A stretch of 64,000 nt of DNA from the human T2T-CHM13v2.0 reference genome, Homo sapiens, in NCBI RefSeq assembly GCF_009914755.1, contig NC_060939.1; one strand, written 5' to 3'. Made by a program: the position numbers and the translations under genes. Positions within the stretch are counted from its first letter, which is position 1. Every line of letters starts with the position of its first letter. Shown one piece after another: positions 1 through 13,895 of the stretch. Under the pieces are notes generated by a model that saw only the letters and a list, made by a program, of their open reading frames with translations, was not told the origin of the DNA and did not search any database.

Positions 1-1498
1 CCTGCCCCAAGGCAAAGCAGCTCCCTTCCATCTGCCCAAACACTAGAGCATGACCCCGAAGTTGCTGTTCTCTTTTTCTTTGCCTTCTGTTATGATAAGA
101 AAAAAGGGACCCCATATAGTCAAAGACCGAATCAGTATACAGTGAAACAAAAGGCATTTGACTCTTTCAATACTGGATAATATACAGTCTAGTTTTCATC
201 TGTCACCCTCCCTGCACACCCATGTACACCGGAGTGTCGCCTGGACAAGGAGACACACACACATACACGCACACCCAAGCTCGTGCAGGGACACGTGCAC
301 ACGCTTTCCACCATGCCAAGGAACTGCTGCAAGGCAAATTCTCACCCACACTAATGGCTTCTGACTGCTCCTTGGCAACCCTAGCATTTTAACCTGGGTG
401 GATGTGCTCTCCAAAATACAGACACTGGAGCGATCTCATCAGCTGTTCATGTGACACAGATGGAGAGTGGCTATTAGGAGCCAGGCAGTGGGCCTTGGGG
501 ATCTGAGGTGCTGTTCTGTAGCCTGAGGCAATTTTGAAAAGCAGTACCCGGAGATGAGGAAAAAAAATCCACACTGCAAGTGCAAGTTTGAAGTCAGTCA
601 GTCTGTCTGTCTACCTACCATGGATAAAGATATCTTTGTGTGTAATATGAAATCTATGTAGGCTATCTGAATGTACATTTCAGATAATGTATGTATGGAA
701 TAACTCTTCCTTCAGTGTCTTCCAAATATAAAAACACACTCTGTAAACAATGCCTGTGTGTATATATTTCTTTCTAAGCACATATGGTTTCTGTGTATAT
801 GTTTAAGCTGAAATTGTCAGGATTTTGTTAAAATCTCATTTAGCTTTTTTTGATAGATTTTTGAATGCACTTATTTTAAAAGGTTAATGGCTTAATTGAA
901 GGAAGTTCAATGAAAAAAGTCATTTGCCTTTTTAACCCAATCAATGACCTTAAAAATGAGAGACAGCATTTCCACAGTGCATCTTTTCTTTCTTAAAAGC
1001 AAAGAGGGCTGGTAACACCTTCGAACTTTATGATTCACTATATTTAGTGCAAGAAAAAATATAGCTAGATTGAGCATCCTTTGATGACTGACTTAAACTG
1101 GAGAAGACAGGAGCATCACATAAATTTTAATATAAAGCAACCCGTTGTATATAAATGTAAAATATTTGAATTTAGATCCAGTGTAACAAATAATTATAAA
1201 CAATAATGTGTCTAGTTTTGTATTAATGACTACATACTAGACACAAAATTTTAAACTAATATATGTTTATACCTCTATAAAAAGAGGAATTTTCCTCTCC
1301 CAAACACAACAATAAATACAATTGTTTTTTCCTCCAATGGACTGTGGACCAAATCCAGCACAGAGAACTAACAACAGCATAACGAAAATTTTTGAAAGAC
1401 AACTGCGTGAACTGCAACCTAAAATAAAATTTTGCAGCTGATGCTAGAGTTAGTAACTCAACATGGATATTGGTGTTTTTTTTTTTTTTGTTTTAAGG

Positions 1499-1536
1499 CT
1501 GTGTATGTGTGTGTGTGTGTGTGTGTGGTTGTGTGT
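1499..1536. repeat. (TG)n microsatellite
   Basis: Direct reading. Confidence 0.9.
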
Positions 1537-2224
1537 ATAAGATAGTTGGCAATCCTTGGCACATGTGCCAAATGAGTTTATGTGCTGAAAAAGGTATGTA
1601 TACCAGCACAAATGCACGTGCCAAATGAGGTAAGGAGATAGCATCTGAAGTTAGGATTCAAAATTGTGGAATCCTTGCGGGCAGTTAACTGTTTCTTGCT
1701 TATCTTTTGATTATGAGAAGATACCTCCATGCCTGACTCAGAACAGATAACCAGTGATTGTTGGTTGGGTGAGTAAATGACTGAACTTATCAATGAGCTT
1801 ATGCAAGGGCCCTCCCCACTTTTTGCCAACCCCCACGGTGGGGCAACTGCACACACTATATACCTAAAGGGTGAAGGTCTTGTTCCTCTGGAACAGCTGA
1901 GTGGGTTACGTATGTGCACACAGTAACTTCTAAACATGCCAGGAACAGAGCTTCTTTGAAGAGCTGAGTACCCACAGGGCTTTTTTGCAGAGCTAAACCA
2001 AAGGCCATTCCATCAGCATTGCCACCTCTGATGATGAAAGGCTATATAAAGAAATACTGGGCATGCTTCTTTTGAAAGGTTGCTAATCCCTTGACCAAGG
2101 GCATAGTCTAAGTTTTGGGTAAACATACTCAAAATAAATGTGCATTAGTGAAACATATTGTGTGTGACCATGGAAAGGAAGACTCAAGGCCTGTGGACAG
2201 ATAAATCGGAAGTGGATTAAATGA

Positions 2225-2395
2225 TCAGAGGAGATTGTTAAAAACACAGGTCCCCAGGCCTCATCCCAGACCTACTGATTCAAAATGTCCTAGGGCGGGA
2301 AAAAGGAATTTGTAATTTCAACAATTCCTTGGGTTTGCTTATGCAATCAGAGTATCACTGATGCTTTAACTGGCTTTGGGAAGCCACTGACTAGA
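2225..2395. mobile_element. MER5-like hAT DNA transposon fossil
   Basis: ttgttaaaaacacaggtccccaggcctcatcccagacctactgattca...gggaagccactg. Confidence 0.65.
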
Positions 2396-2619
2396 TTATC
2401 TAAATTGAAATGAGATGCAGCCTCAGGAACAGGTAGGTAATTAAAATCCTACTTTACTCCCATGAATGAGGTTAGCAGCCACAGTGAGTAACTGCAATCT
2501 GGCCTGGGCCTTATTCACTGTGGGAAAGCCATGGTGTTCTAAATCCCCATCCTAGTCTTCTGGTAGTAAGGGTTAAACAGAAAGAAAGAAGCTATAGAAC
2601 ATTGGCTCTGTGCATTGGC

Positions 2620-2757
2620 ACTAGCTAAAAAATTGTGAGAAATGCAAATTCTCAGTCTTAGCTGAGACCTACTGAATCTGAAACTCTAGGTGTGGGGCCC
2701 TGTTAATCATCCCTGCAGGTGGGTCTGATGCCCACTCTAGCTCGAGAACCACTGCCA
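2620..2757. mobile_element. MER5A-like hAT DNA transposon fossil
   Basis: gaaatgcaaattctcag...gacctactgaatctgaaactctaggtgtggggccc...gagaaccactg. Confidence 0.75.
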
Positions 2758-3321
2758 TAAAGCACAGAGAACATCCCCTTGGTTTGCTGTCCTCCTTTGT
2801 TGCTGTCTGAAGGCCTGAATCTAATCCCTGGGTCCTCCTTCTGTCTTAAGACTCTGAAGCATTTTGAGAGCATCTCTAGCTGGATTTACACCTATGCTCT
2901 CAAGGAAGTCACGCATGCTTTCCTTAGCTGAGCAGATTATGCTCAGAACACAACATTGCTCTGGTAGGTAGCTCCAGCATACACCTACTTAAAAGAGCAA
3001 TAATGAGAGTGTCTAACTGCAGGAAGCTAAATCCTGGGATACCATCGGCATCTGGGTGTAGGCAAATATCCATATCCATAGTTGTGTATCCACTGAATCA
3101 AGGAAGGACGTCGGCACACTATGAGAGGATCCTCAGATGATTGATTCTAAATTCTAGTTCTAGAATTGATTCTAAATTCTAAGTTCTAGACCAGGCTTAA
3201 TAGTTAAATATGTTCATACAAAATATATGTGCACCTGGGATTACAAAAAGATTTAAAAAAAGCTTAAAAAAAAGAAAAGAAAATTCTCATTCATAAAATT
3301 CATGGTCATAAAAACTACCTA

Positions 3322-3597
<276 letters not shown>

Positions 3598-3844
3598 GTC
3601 AACCATCCAGGCAAAAAGATTCATCTTTTGGCATATTGCTTTATTCCATTTAGCCAAAAATCTTTATTTTGAATATCAAGCACATGATTTGGAATGAAAA
3701 AATGATAAAAGCAGTGATGATGTGCTATGATGAGTCTGATACCACAGGGATGTGGCCTTCTTTCTCCTTGTCTTATCAGAAAAACATTGCAACAACCAAG
3801 ACAGTCCTAGTCCAACTTCTTCTACTTACCCCATCCCTGCCAAA

Positions 3845-3950
3845 ACTGACATTTACCATTGAGGAAACTGAAGCCAGGAGATTAAATCCTTGCCCAAGAT
3901 GCCACAGCTACACATGGTCAAGGATAAATTGGAGTCCAGGCATGGCAACT
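3845..3950 (-). mobile_element. MIR fragment
   Basis: tgaggaaactgaagccaggagattaaatccttgcccaagatgccacagcta. Confidence 0.7.
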
Positions 3951-5065
3951 TCAAGTCAGTGCTACCACCACTGGTATTCTCACATTAACACTGTAAATTA
4001 TCTTTTACTTTTCAAAGCATCACCTTGTCTGAACACTGTTATCAATGGCAGATCCAAACAATGCTTGATTCTATAGGAAAAGGTCTAAGCACAGAGAACA
4101 GATTAGTTCTGGGACCCTGGGGTTGGGACTGAGCTAGACCTGGTCCAAGTTGGCTTCAAATAGAAATGTGCTAACTCTTCTCCAGAAGTCAGCCAGTTCC
4201 TGCAAGAGCTTTAATTATATTTGAGACTCAGAATTTTCATAACTGGTTTAACACAGTCCAAGTGAAGACTCTGACATGGAGAGCACTGGACTGACCCTCA
4301 GAGCCCAGAGATGCTACCAATATTTGAGCCTACTGTCCATGAAGTAGGATCTCATGGGCTTTGATGTCATCACTGTGCAGTACTATTAAAAACTTCATAG
4401 AACTGTGATTACAACGATATATTCACATCCTTTAAAGTCACTTTTTAAATAATAGAATAATGCTTCTGCGACATTTGGCACACTGTCAAACAAACACCTA
4501 AAACTGACCTCTCAGCCATGTCTCTTCAGAGAAATAAGACAAATTAATATGTATTTGGTTAACAGTACTGGTACTTCTTTTAGGGAACTTGTGGTACATT
4601 ATTTAATTCTCATTTCTCCCTAGTTCTAGACCAGGTTTAATAGTTAAATATGTTCATACAAAATATATGTCAAGGAAATAAAGAATGATAGCTCATCTGG
4701 AGGAACAAGACTTTTTTTCTGTCTCTTTTTGTAGCAATAAAAATTTACCATATTCATTAACATTTTCATTTTGCACAATGTAAGTTCACTAATTTTATAT
4801 ATACACAAACATAGGTAGACAGATATCAATATTGATATCTTCCAGACAACCCATTTCCAGGAAGTAGGTATACTTATGAATATAAAGATACTTATATGTG
4901 TTATATGCTATTTTAAACCTAAATTTATGTAAATTAAATTGTCACTATTTAAAATACTTCAATTTGTGCACAATTATTGAAATATATTTGTAGATGAACT
5001 TAATGTTTTTGCCTATAGTCGGATACATATATACATTTACATATGCAAATTTCTATAGTTCGTAG

Positions 5066-5407
<342 letters not shown>

Positions 5408-5464
5408 CGTCTCTTCTTTATCCACACTGTTGTCACTTTCATTATGATCATTACCACAAGTAAC

Positions 5465-5600
5465 TTCCATTGGGCACTTGCGATGTTCCAATCCTTATTT
5501 AATCTTCACAACAAATGAATAAAACCATCTCCATTCTACAGATAAGAAAACTGAGACTCAAAGAAATTAGATGACTTGTCAAAGGCCACACAGAAAGTGT
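5465..5600 (-). mobile_element. MIR fragment
   Basis: ccattctacagataagaaaactgagactcaaag...gacttgtcaaaggccacacag. Confidence 0.75.
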
Positions 5601-8600
5601 CCTCCAAAGCCCATGCTCACCTCCTCTATTCCTTTCCTCAAGCTGCTGGGAGAAGAAGATGTGAAGGGTGAAGCTAAATTCTGGATTTGCCCTCTCTGCT
5701 AAAGAAATAAATGCCAAAAGAGAGGCCCTGTATGTTCACATTTATGTCCTAGAGAGACACGGGATGACAGTACACTTAAAATTAAATATGAACCGAGAAA
5801 CAAGCATCTCATAATTTTTGCACAGATGAGTGTATCCAATATGAGCCTACCCTTTATCTACAGGCTTATGATTATTTCCTGTGGATCTAAAGCTCAAATT
5901 AAATACGATTTTGAAGCAGAAACATCTGCTGAATTTTAAAGACTTTTCTGAGCCAAGGGATCTTTCAAGATTCCATACCTTTAATCCTTCCTGTTGGCCT
6001 TGAATGCCCTTTCTCTTCATTTTTCTTTCCTCCTTTCCCATTCTTCTTTACTAGCAAACTCCTATTGAACCTTTAAAACTTAGTGAAAAAGGAATCTCCT
6101 TCATAAAGCTTTCCCCAGCTCCCATTAACAGAGCTAGTGTGCTATGCTCTCTACTTCTTCAACAGTTTGTTCTTACCTCTGTTATTTACTTTTCTTCTTG
6201 CAATTTATCTGTTTACTAGTTTGTCTGTGAGCTTTTGCTAGTTTGTCTGTCTGTGAGCTTTTGCGTTTCTGATTCCCAAGCCCTGAGAAAGAGTAAACAC
6301 TCAAATGTTAGTGAAATGTACAGTTTGATATCAAGAGCCTCTAGATATATTAATTAGAACCTGATGAGAACAAATCTGCTTTGAAGAAAGCGCCCAGGAA
6401 AGAGATTCCCTGGCTTCTAGTAGTCACCAAGCCTTAGGTTCCCTCCCTCCACTCTCCCTGCCCTATCGGCACTAGGTTATCACCCACCCAGTGTTTCACT
6501 GTGTGCATATATGCAGAGATGATGTGAGACACATGTCATACACTGCTTATAGAAATGGTGCCCTCCACCTCAACTCTGCCCTATTCCAACAGGGAAGAGA
6601 GAGTGCTAGGAGAGAGGGAACTGCCCACTGCCCAGCTTGTTTGGGTTATTCAGAAACATTACAGTTAAAAATGAAGTATAATGTAGTAATGGAACTGCAA
6701 CACACGGTATTTTATGGACTAATTTTCCGTCATCACTTCTTTATGCCCTTTTCCTCTTAAATATAGTACTTTGAAAACAGGATTACAACACACTAAGAGC
6801 CAAAAGGTATTTTCTTTCAGCGGTTGTCAGGGACTACCTTCCAGGAGTTTAATTTAGGGCACCCCACTGAGAAACCTGCATCAGGATTTCAAATGAGATT
6901 AAAAAAAAGAAGAAGAAGAAGAAGAAGCTTTTGCTTAATTCTGCTTTAGAATACAGCCTTGCAAAACTTGCTTTCCAAAAACCATCAGCAAAGTAAATTT
7001 TTTCCTACATGCAATTTACCTTTTTTTCACATCAGATCAGTTGAGGGGAGGGGGCTGTAGACCCAGAAACACGGGGAGGATGAGGGGCCAGCAGTGAGAC
7101 CTGCTAATTACTGATCTCTTTTACTCTCCTGCTGTGCTTAACTGTCCGGACATGTTAAAGTGAAATTTTTCTGTGATTTTTCAAGTGACTAGTTCATGGC
7201 CCGCTAGCATGGAGGGAAGCAGAAGAGATGAAATGCTTTCGTTTACATGCAACATTTACTAACTGTGAGGGTTTTCCGACATTAAAGAGAGGACAGTGAC
7301 CCAGGCCACCTTTTTCACACTCAAAAGAGCACTGAAAAAACAAGTCTTCATCGGCTTACCTCAGGCTTCCCTGGTCCTGAACACCCTCCCCCCGGGGTAT
7401 GAGCAGAAAGGGAAAAAAAGAGGGGATTTTATGCTCCTTTCTCTTCAACTTTTCAGGCGGTATAAGCAGCATTTAGCAAATTCAGCCTCAAATGGCTCCA
7501 AATGCTCGGAGCTGCAGGGGCTCATTCTTTGTTATCCTCCCTCTATTTACACAGGATTTACGCAGGCTCTCCACTGAAGAGACCGAAAGCACTTCCATTC
7601 TCACTGGCTTGGCCAGCCCAGACTGTGGCTGCTGCAGCTCCACGCTGGCCTGTGATGGGAGATTTCTACAACCTGGAGAAGGCAACAAACTGCTCACTAA
7701 CTCAGTGATCCCGAGACAACCTGGCTGGTACAGGCAGCTGCAAAGCAGACAGGCCTGCAGAGATGAGCTAACCTTCCAGAAGAGAAAGGAAAACCCAGCC
7801 AAGGCTGTGCAAATGTGCGTCCAGAGACAAATAACATGCACTTTAAAATATGCATCTATATGATATAATGGAAAGTGGTGGGTGAAAAAAAAAATTCAGA
7901 CTGCAGCTTGGATGAAAACCACTTCACCCACTGGTTGGAAAAATAAAGTGTAAAAACAGACAGATGGACACATATGTAAATGTGGCTGTGTTTTAGGCTT
8001 TAGCTGGCAATGTGAGTGTCGTAGTATAGTTTTGCACGCCTGTATTTTCCATATCATGTTGAATCCTGTTAACTGTTGAACAGAAACATCCTCATACTGG
8101 TCCTTGACCAAATCAGTCCCCTCAATTTACCCGTTAGGAACCATAAAATGGCTTTGTTTATTGACTGGAACAGTCTAATCCTTTATAGCAGAAGAGAATG
8201 AAAGCTTCCAACACTTTTAGCCTATTCTTCACTAAATGTGGTTATTCTCGTTTAAAAAATATATATATATATATTTAATTCATTGTCATTTGAAATATAT
8301 ATATATATTGCTTACCAATTTTAAAATATTTAAGAAAGGATCTCTGTTCTCCTAAGTCTCCCATTGAATTCTCTAAAGGATACTGACTGACCCTAGTAGA
8401 AAAGTACATTCCTCTGCCATTATAATTCAGCAGATTGCTTAATCTCTGTGGTGCAGGATAAAAGAATGTACTTGTTACTCAGTTACCTGATAAGCACATA
8501 TAAAAGTACAGAGTATGTTCTGAAGTTATTCACAGTACATCATAATAAAGCTCTTCTGGGCACTCTAATGATTCATTTTTAGTGATCTCTCAAATGCCCT

Positions 8601-10704
8601 TTTCCACAGTTAACACTCATATTTTATTAAGGTAGAAGGCAGGGACAAATGTCCACTCAAGTCCCAGCTCTCAAATTTGACTCAACTTGCACTACACTAC
8701 CTAGAGCTAAAGCTTTTTTTAATGTTCTGTTCACCTCCCTAGAGTGGCATTTCAGCTAACAGAGTTCACAATCCTTCAGCCCTAAACACAGAAGGCTGCT
8801 ATCTTCAAGTCATCCTAGGAATGTGCCAGATACCATCATTTCCCTCCTGTGATACAAAGAACCAGAAAGAGAGAGAGACCAAGAGAAGACCAACCTGATC
8901 AAGTTACCAAGAGCCCAGAATGCCCCTCTCAGGAGGTTAATCTTTGAACTGGTAAATGTTATAATTAGGAGCCTTGAAGTTGGGCTGAGGCTGGCCATTG
9001 AAATAAAGACCCTAAAAGAGAAAGTATGAATGGATCCCATCTCTTTCACCTAATAGTTTGACACAACGGTCATGGTTTTTATGGAAAATTATACAAAAAT
9101 GAGTTGTTATGATATATGAGTCTCATTCTCACATCTCCTACAGAAGAAAAAAGGTGGTCGGAGGGATGTGTCTTCCCAATTTCACTTAGCTATGTTTCAG
9201 TACAAATTGTGAAAATTATGCAAATAACAATTTTGGCACCTTTGCTAGAGGAAAACATTATTAAATTATGCTCTAAGTATTTTGTCTGCTTTAGTAATTA
9301 CTCTCATGTAACTGTAAATATAAATAGCTGTTATTCTGTTTAAATTTTTAATCATGCAAAATATTGTCACACAAAATGTCCTTCTGTTGCAGTCTAACTG
9401 GGATTTTCTTTTTTAAAATATCCATATTTAACTGAAGTGGACTATTTTTAGCGTTGTGAAGTGTTTTAGTAAAGATAGCTGGCTAACATCTCTGAATCAA
9501 CAGGTCTTTCAAGGAAAGATATGGCCTTTATATTTGCAAAAAGAATTTCCTACAAAAGGCCGTTTATATAAAACACATTTTTAACATTTTAAGCTAAAAC
9601 TAGAATATAATTAGTCTGCTTCCAAAAATGTATTAACTACATCAAACCTATACTATATGTTTTAGTATAGATCAATAATAACTATAGGATTTTCTAACTT
9701 ATTGTCTCTTTTATCATACTTTAATATTAAATGAAATATTAAATGTCAGCTAAGTATTTATCAATAATAAAATTTGTTGGAAGAAATAACAAAAAAGCAA
9801 AGTTCTATCTGTAACAGAAATTATTTCATTCCATTTTTAAGAGTCCTTACTTCATTATCAAATTTGCTATCTAAAACAAAAATAAGACAATACATTTTTA
9901 TAACATAAAATGGTTGATCAGTTTTAATTCCTAAGATGATATTGCTCTGTGAATTTATATCAGCAGATATAATTTCAAAGAGCAGAACAACAAAAACGAA
10001 GGTTTTTTGAATATTTCTTCCACTTTGCCAACTATTGTAAAATGAAAACAAAAGAATATTTTAATAAAAGTGTAACTTCGAAACTTTGAAAGTTAGTGTG
10101 AAAAAAACCCACAATAACTCTTTATCTTAAAAGATAGCCGTCTCTATAATAATAATGTTAACTAAGATAACTAGTTAGAGATATGTATCAACATGCCCTT
10201 TATGAAGTTTTTAGGAAGCTAGTGATAGTTACCTATAGAAAAAATGAACAATAGTATTATGGAGTTGATGACTGGTTTTAGGTGAATACTTTTTAAACCA
10301 TTAACACACCAAATTTGGAACATATTTGTTAGCTATTAGAAAACTATATTTTGAACATTTTTTCAAAGAACATTTTCATACAATAGAGTTTCCTAATCAA
10401 ACTTTGAATTTTTGTTTAAGAAGTTTATAAATTAAATTGCTAGCACTTTAAAAGTAAAGTGATGCATTCAGATATTCCATTATGATGATTGCTTTAAATA
10501 AATGTAGTGCCATTATTTGAGACCAAGCAGATATGTTTTTGTAATAGAATGCAAATGAATATCTACAACATACACATAATAGCCCTAGAGAAACAAATAC
10601 TGTGTGGCTGCTTAATAAGAATAATCTAGGATAGCACAAGTTGATCATTCTTCGTATAGCCTATACAGGAAAGAACAGCAGACACTGAGGCCCTATAAAG
10701 TACA

Positions 10705-10878
10705 TGGAAAATGGAAAATGACTGCTAATGGGTGTGAGGTTTCTTTTGGGGTGATGAAAATGTCCTAAAATCGGCTGTGTTGATGATTGAACAACTTTGT
10801 GAATATATTAAAACCACTGAATTATAAGCTTTTAAGGGATGAATTGCATAATATGTGAATTATATCTCAATAAAGTTG
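10705..10878 (+). mobile_element. Old L1 (L1MB-like) 3' end
   Basis: tgactgctaatgggt...ttttggggtgatgaaaatgt...gtgaattatatctcaataaag. Confidence 0.8.
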
Positions 10879-10881
10879 TGG

Positions 10882-11204
<323 letters not shown>

Positions 11205-11421
11205 TTTTTTTTTTTTTTAAGACCAGATTTTGGCCTCCCACTACAAATAAGCATGCTGGAAGAAATGTAAAAGCCTAGTAGTTGAACTTGAAGGTATCCA
11301 TAATTTTTTCCGAATTGCTTCAAACAATGTGATTTCAAGGCCACTTACTAATCTTGTCTTAGCACCTTGTGTATGGACAAATATATGTACTTGAAAAATT
11401 TGCAATAGATATTATGCTGCT

Positions 11422-11475
11422 TATATTACAAAGATATGCATTATAGAATATATTACAAAGATATGCATTATAGAA
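11422..11475. repeat. Exact 27-bp tandem duplication
   Basis: tatattacaaagatatgcattatagaa x2. Confidence 0.95.
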
Positions 11476-12159
11476 CGTATATTGACTTTCATACTAAAAT
11501 TAATCCTTCTCCACTCTCAATTCTATTGCATCACAGCAAAACCCTAGCCCAAATATTTGCTCTTCCAAGGCTTACATTAACACTCAGAACTCCAGAATAC
11601 TTCCACAAACAGATACACACACACACATCCCACATCCCATGCCTACATTTCTACCCAATTATTGAAAGCTCCTTCAAGTCAAAAACCATATCTCTTTTTC
11701 TCATATTCTTAGAACTTCATATATGTTATGGGTATAGTTTGTGCCTAGGCTTTTATTAAATGAATGGATGGAGGGCTCTCTTATTTCTTGAAATATGCTT
11801 TTATGCCTTGTGGGTTTACATCTAAAACTTGGAAACAGAAACTATCTAGAATGTTTGTCTCTAAGAGGTGTAAATTGGCCATAGAGTTGACGTGTCATAA
11901 ATTTCAAAGGCATTAACTTGTAAGATACACTCCATGGAAGAAGCAACTTTATTGAAACAGACAATAGAGAACAGGGGCCCTAAATTAGGAAGAGTATCCG
12001 ACATACTTTTCTAAATATCTGACATTTTTCTATTTCTCTGGGCAGTTGTACTACTTTGTTTGTACACTGGAGACTGGCTTCTGATGCAGTCCTTGTCCCT
12101 CCACCCTGCCCCTCCACTCCCTCCTCACATAAACACAGAAGCACGTACTCATGGGGGGA

Positions 12160-12480
12160 AATGGTGATGTGATGGAAGAAGCATGAGTTTTGGAATAAAA
12201 CAGATCTTGTGTTGAATTTTCAGATCTATTTCTTATTTATATTTGTTAAGACTAGTCAAAGTGAAAGAGTGTGAGTGAAGAAGAAATGAAGAAACCTGTG
12301 ACTGGTTTTAATCAATTAGTTGTAAACACCACTGCACTTGGACCAGCCCCAGATCTATTCCTTATTGGTTGAGTATGACCTCAGTCAAAAGATTAACCCT
12401 CTGAACCTCAGTTTCCTCATCTGTGAAACGGGAAAAATTACATATACCTGACAGGTTAACCATAAAAATTAAATGAAATC
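12160..12480 (+). mobile_element. MIR, interrupted by the Y RNA insertion
   Basis: gaagcatgagttttgga...|...aaccctctgaacctcagtttcctcatctgtgaaacggg. Confidence 0.8.
12248..12348 (-). pseudogene. Retroposed Y3 RNA (RNY3-like) pseudogene
   Basis: Reverse complement GGCTGGTCCAAGTGCAGTGGTGTTTACAACTAATTGAT...TTGACTAGTCTT resembles hY3. Flanked by a 17-bp TSD cagatctatt(t/c)cttatt at 12221-12237 and 12350-12366, with a decayed A tail. Confidence 0.93.
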
Positions 12481-12647
12481 ATGAGAGAAAGAGCTATTAC
12501 TTATATTGTGTCCCCACTTTGTACCCAATGCTTTATACTTATTAACAAACTTAAGGACTTCATACACAACATCTAGCCTCATGTAGTACCTGAAATAGCA
12601 AAGGTGCATCAATAAATGTTAGTTATTTCTTTTCTTAAAACAAACCA

Positions 12648-13065
12648 GTTTGAGTGGATAAACAAACTGTGGTATATCCACACACTGAAATACTACTCAG
12701 CAACAGAAAGGAATAAACTACTGATACCCCCAGCATGGTACATTTTGAAATCATGCTAAATGGAGAAAGCCACACGCAAAAGGCCACATACTGTATGATT
12801 TCAAATATATTAAATTCTAGAAAATGCAAACTTATACATAATGACCAAAAGCAGATCAGTGGTTACTTGAGGACATATATAGAGGGAGGGAGTGATTAAA
12901 AGGAGTGTAAGGAAATTTTGGCGTAATGATGGAATCGTGTAGTATCTTGATTATGGTGCTGGTCTCGTGAGTGTATACAACTGCCAAAACTTATTAAATT
13001 GTACACTTTAAATGGGTGCAATTTTTGTATGTAAATTATACCTCAGTAAAGTTCATAAAAATAAT
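12648..13065 (+). mobile_element. Old L1 (L1MC/ME-like) 3' region
   Basis: ggataaacaaactgtggtatatccacac...agcagatcagtggtt...gtaaattatacctcagtaaag. Confidence 0.8.
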
Positions 13066-13689
13066 AAGCAAAGTACAGTTAAATCATCAAAAACCTGTTA
13101 TTTGGCATAAAACACATTTTGGTGGAAAGTACAGCATTCAATACAGAGATGCTGTAGTGGGAATTCTCCCAGTAACTGCAGCAAAGTTCTGGATGATTTG
13201 GGGCAGCATTTGAAAGAAGCTGTGAGGAGAAGCTCAACATAATATTTATGAATGTGTCGATTTATATAATTTTCTTTAACTTCATAAAGATGTAAGGTGG
13301 GTGGTCAGAATGCACTTGGCAGATTTTACAAAAAATATCTCCATTGTTCAAATGTCATTATAAGATATATTGTTAACGAAGAACTATCCAAGTTGCAAAA
13401 AAAAAAATACCGATAATAACTTTGAAAGATAATAAAAGTAATTCTTAATAAATTGCTTTTTAAAACTTTCAGGAAATTCAGTCTTAACCCATTCCTTCTA
13501 AGTAAAATATCTCACACCACACTGGAGATCTTAGACAATTTCAGAGGAAAACCACATCATTCATGAAAGACTGAGCACTCTCAAGATTAAGAATTAATGG
13601 AAAATACAGAAATAATATTAGCCCTTGCCAGCCTGCTCCATGCCTTCAGATAAATCCCTGAATCCACCATATAAGGATGAAATGGAAGT

Positions 13690-13895
13690 AACATTTGTGG
13701 ACTGTCTACTACATGCCAGTTTCAGCAGGCTGTATCTCAACCACAGGACAGTTCAGAGTTTGGTAGTGTAATTCCTATTTAATATAAGCAGAAACTGAAG
13801 CCAGACAGGTTAAGAAACTCGCCTAAAGTCATGTGGCTAGTTGGTAATGCAGCTGGGTCTTGAACTCTAAATCCTGAACTCAAGTCCATGCTCTC
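13690..13895 (-). mobile_element. MIR fragment
   Basis: gaaactgaagccagacaggttaagaaactcgcctaaagtcatgtggctagt. Confidence 0.7.

Noticed and set aside
1556-1571. 16-bp palindrome TTGGCACATGTGCCAA as an NFI site
   Set aside because: The spacer is 6 nt rather than the required 5, and about one such palindrome is expected by chance in 64 kb.
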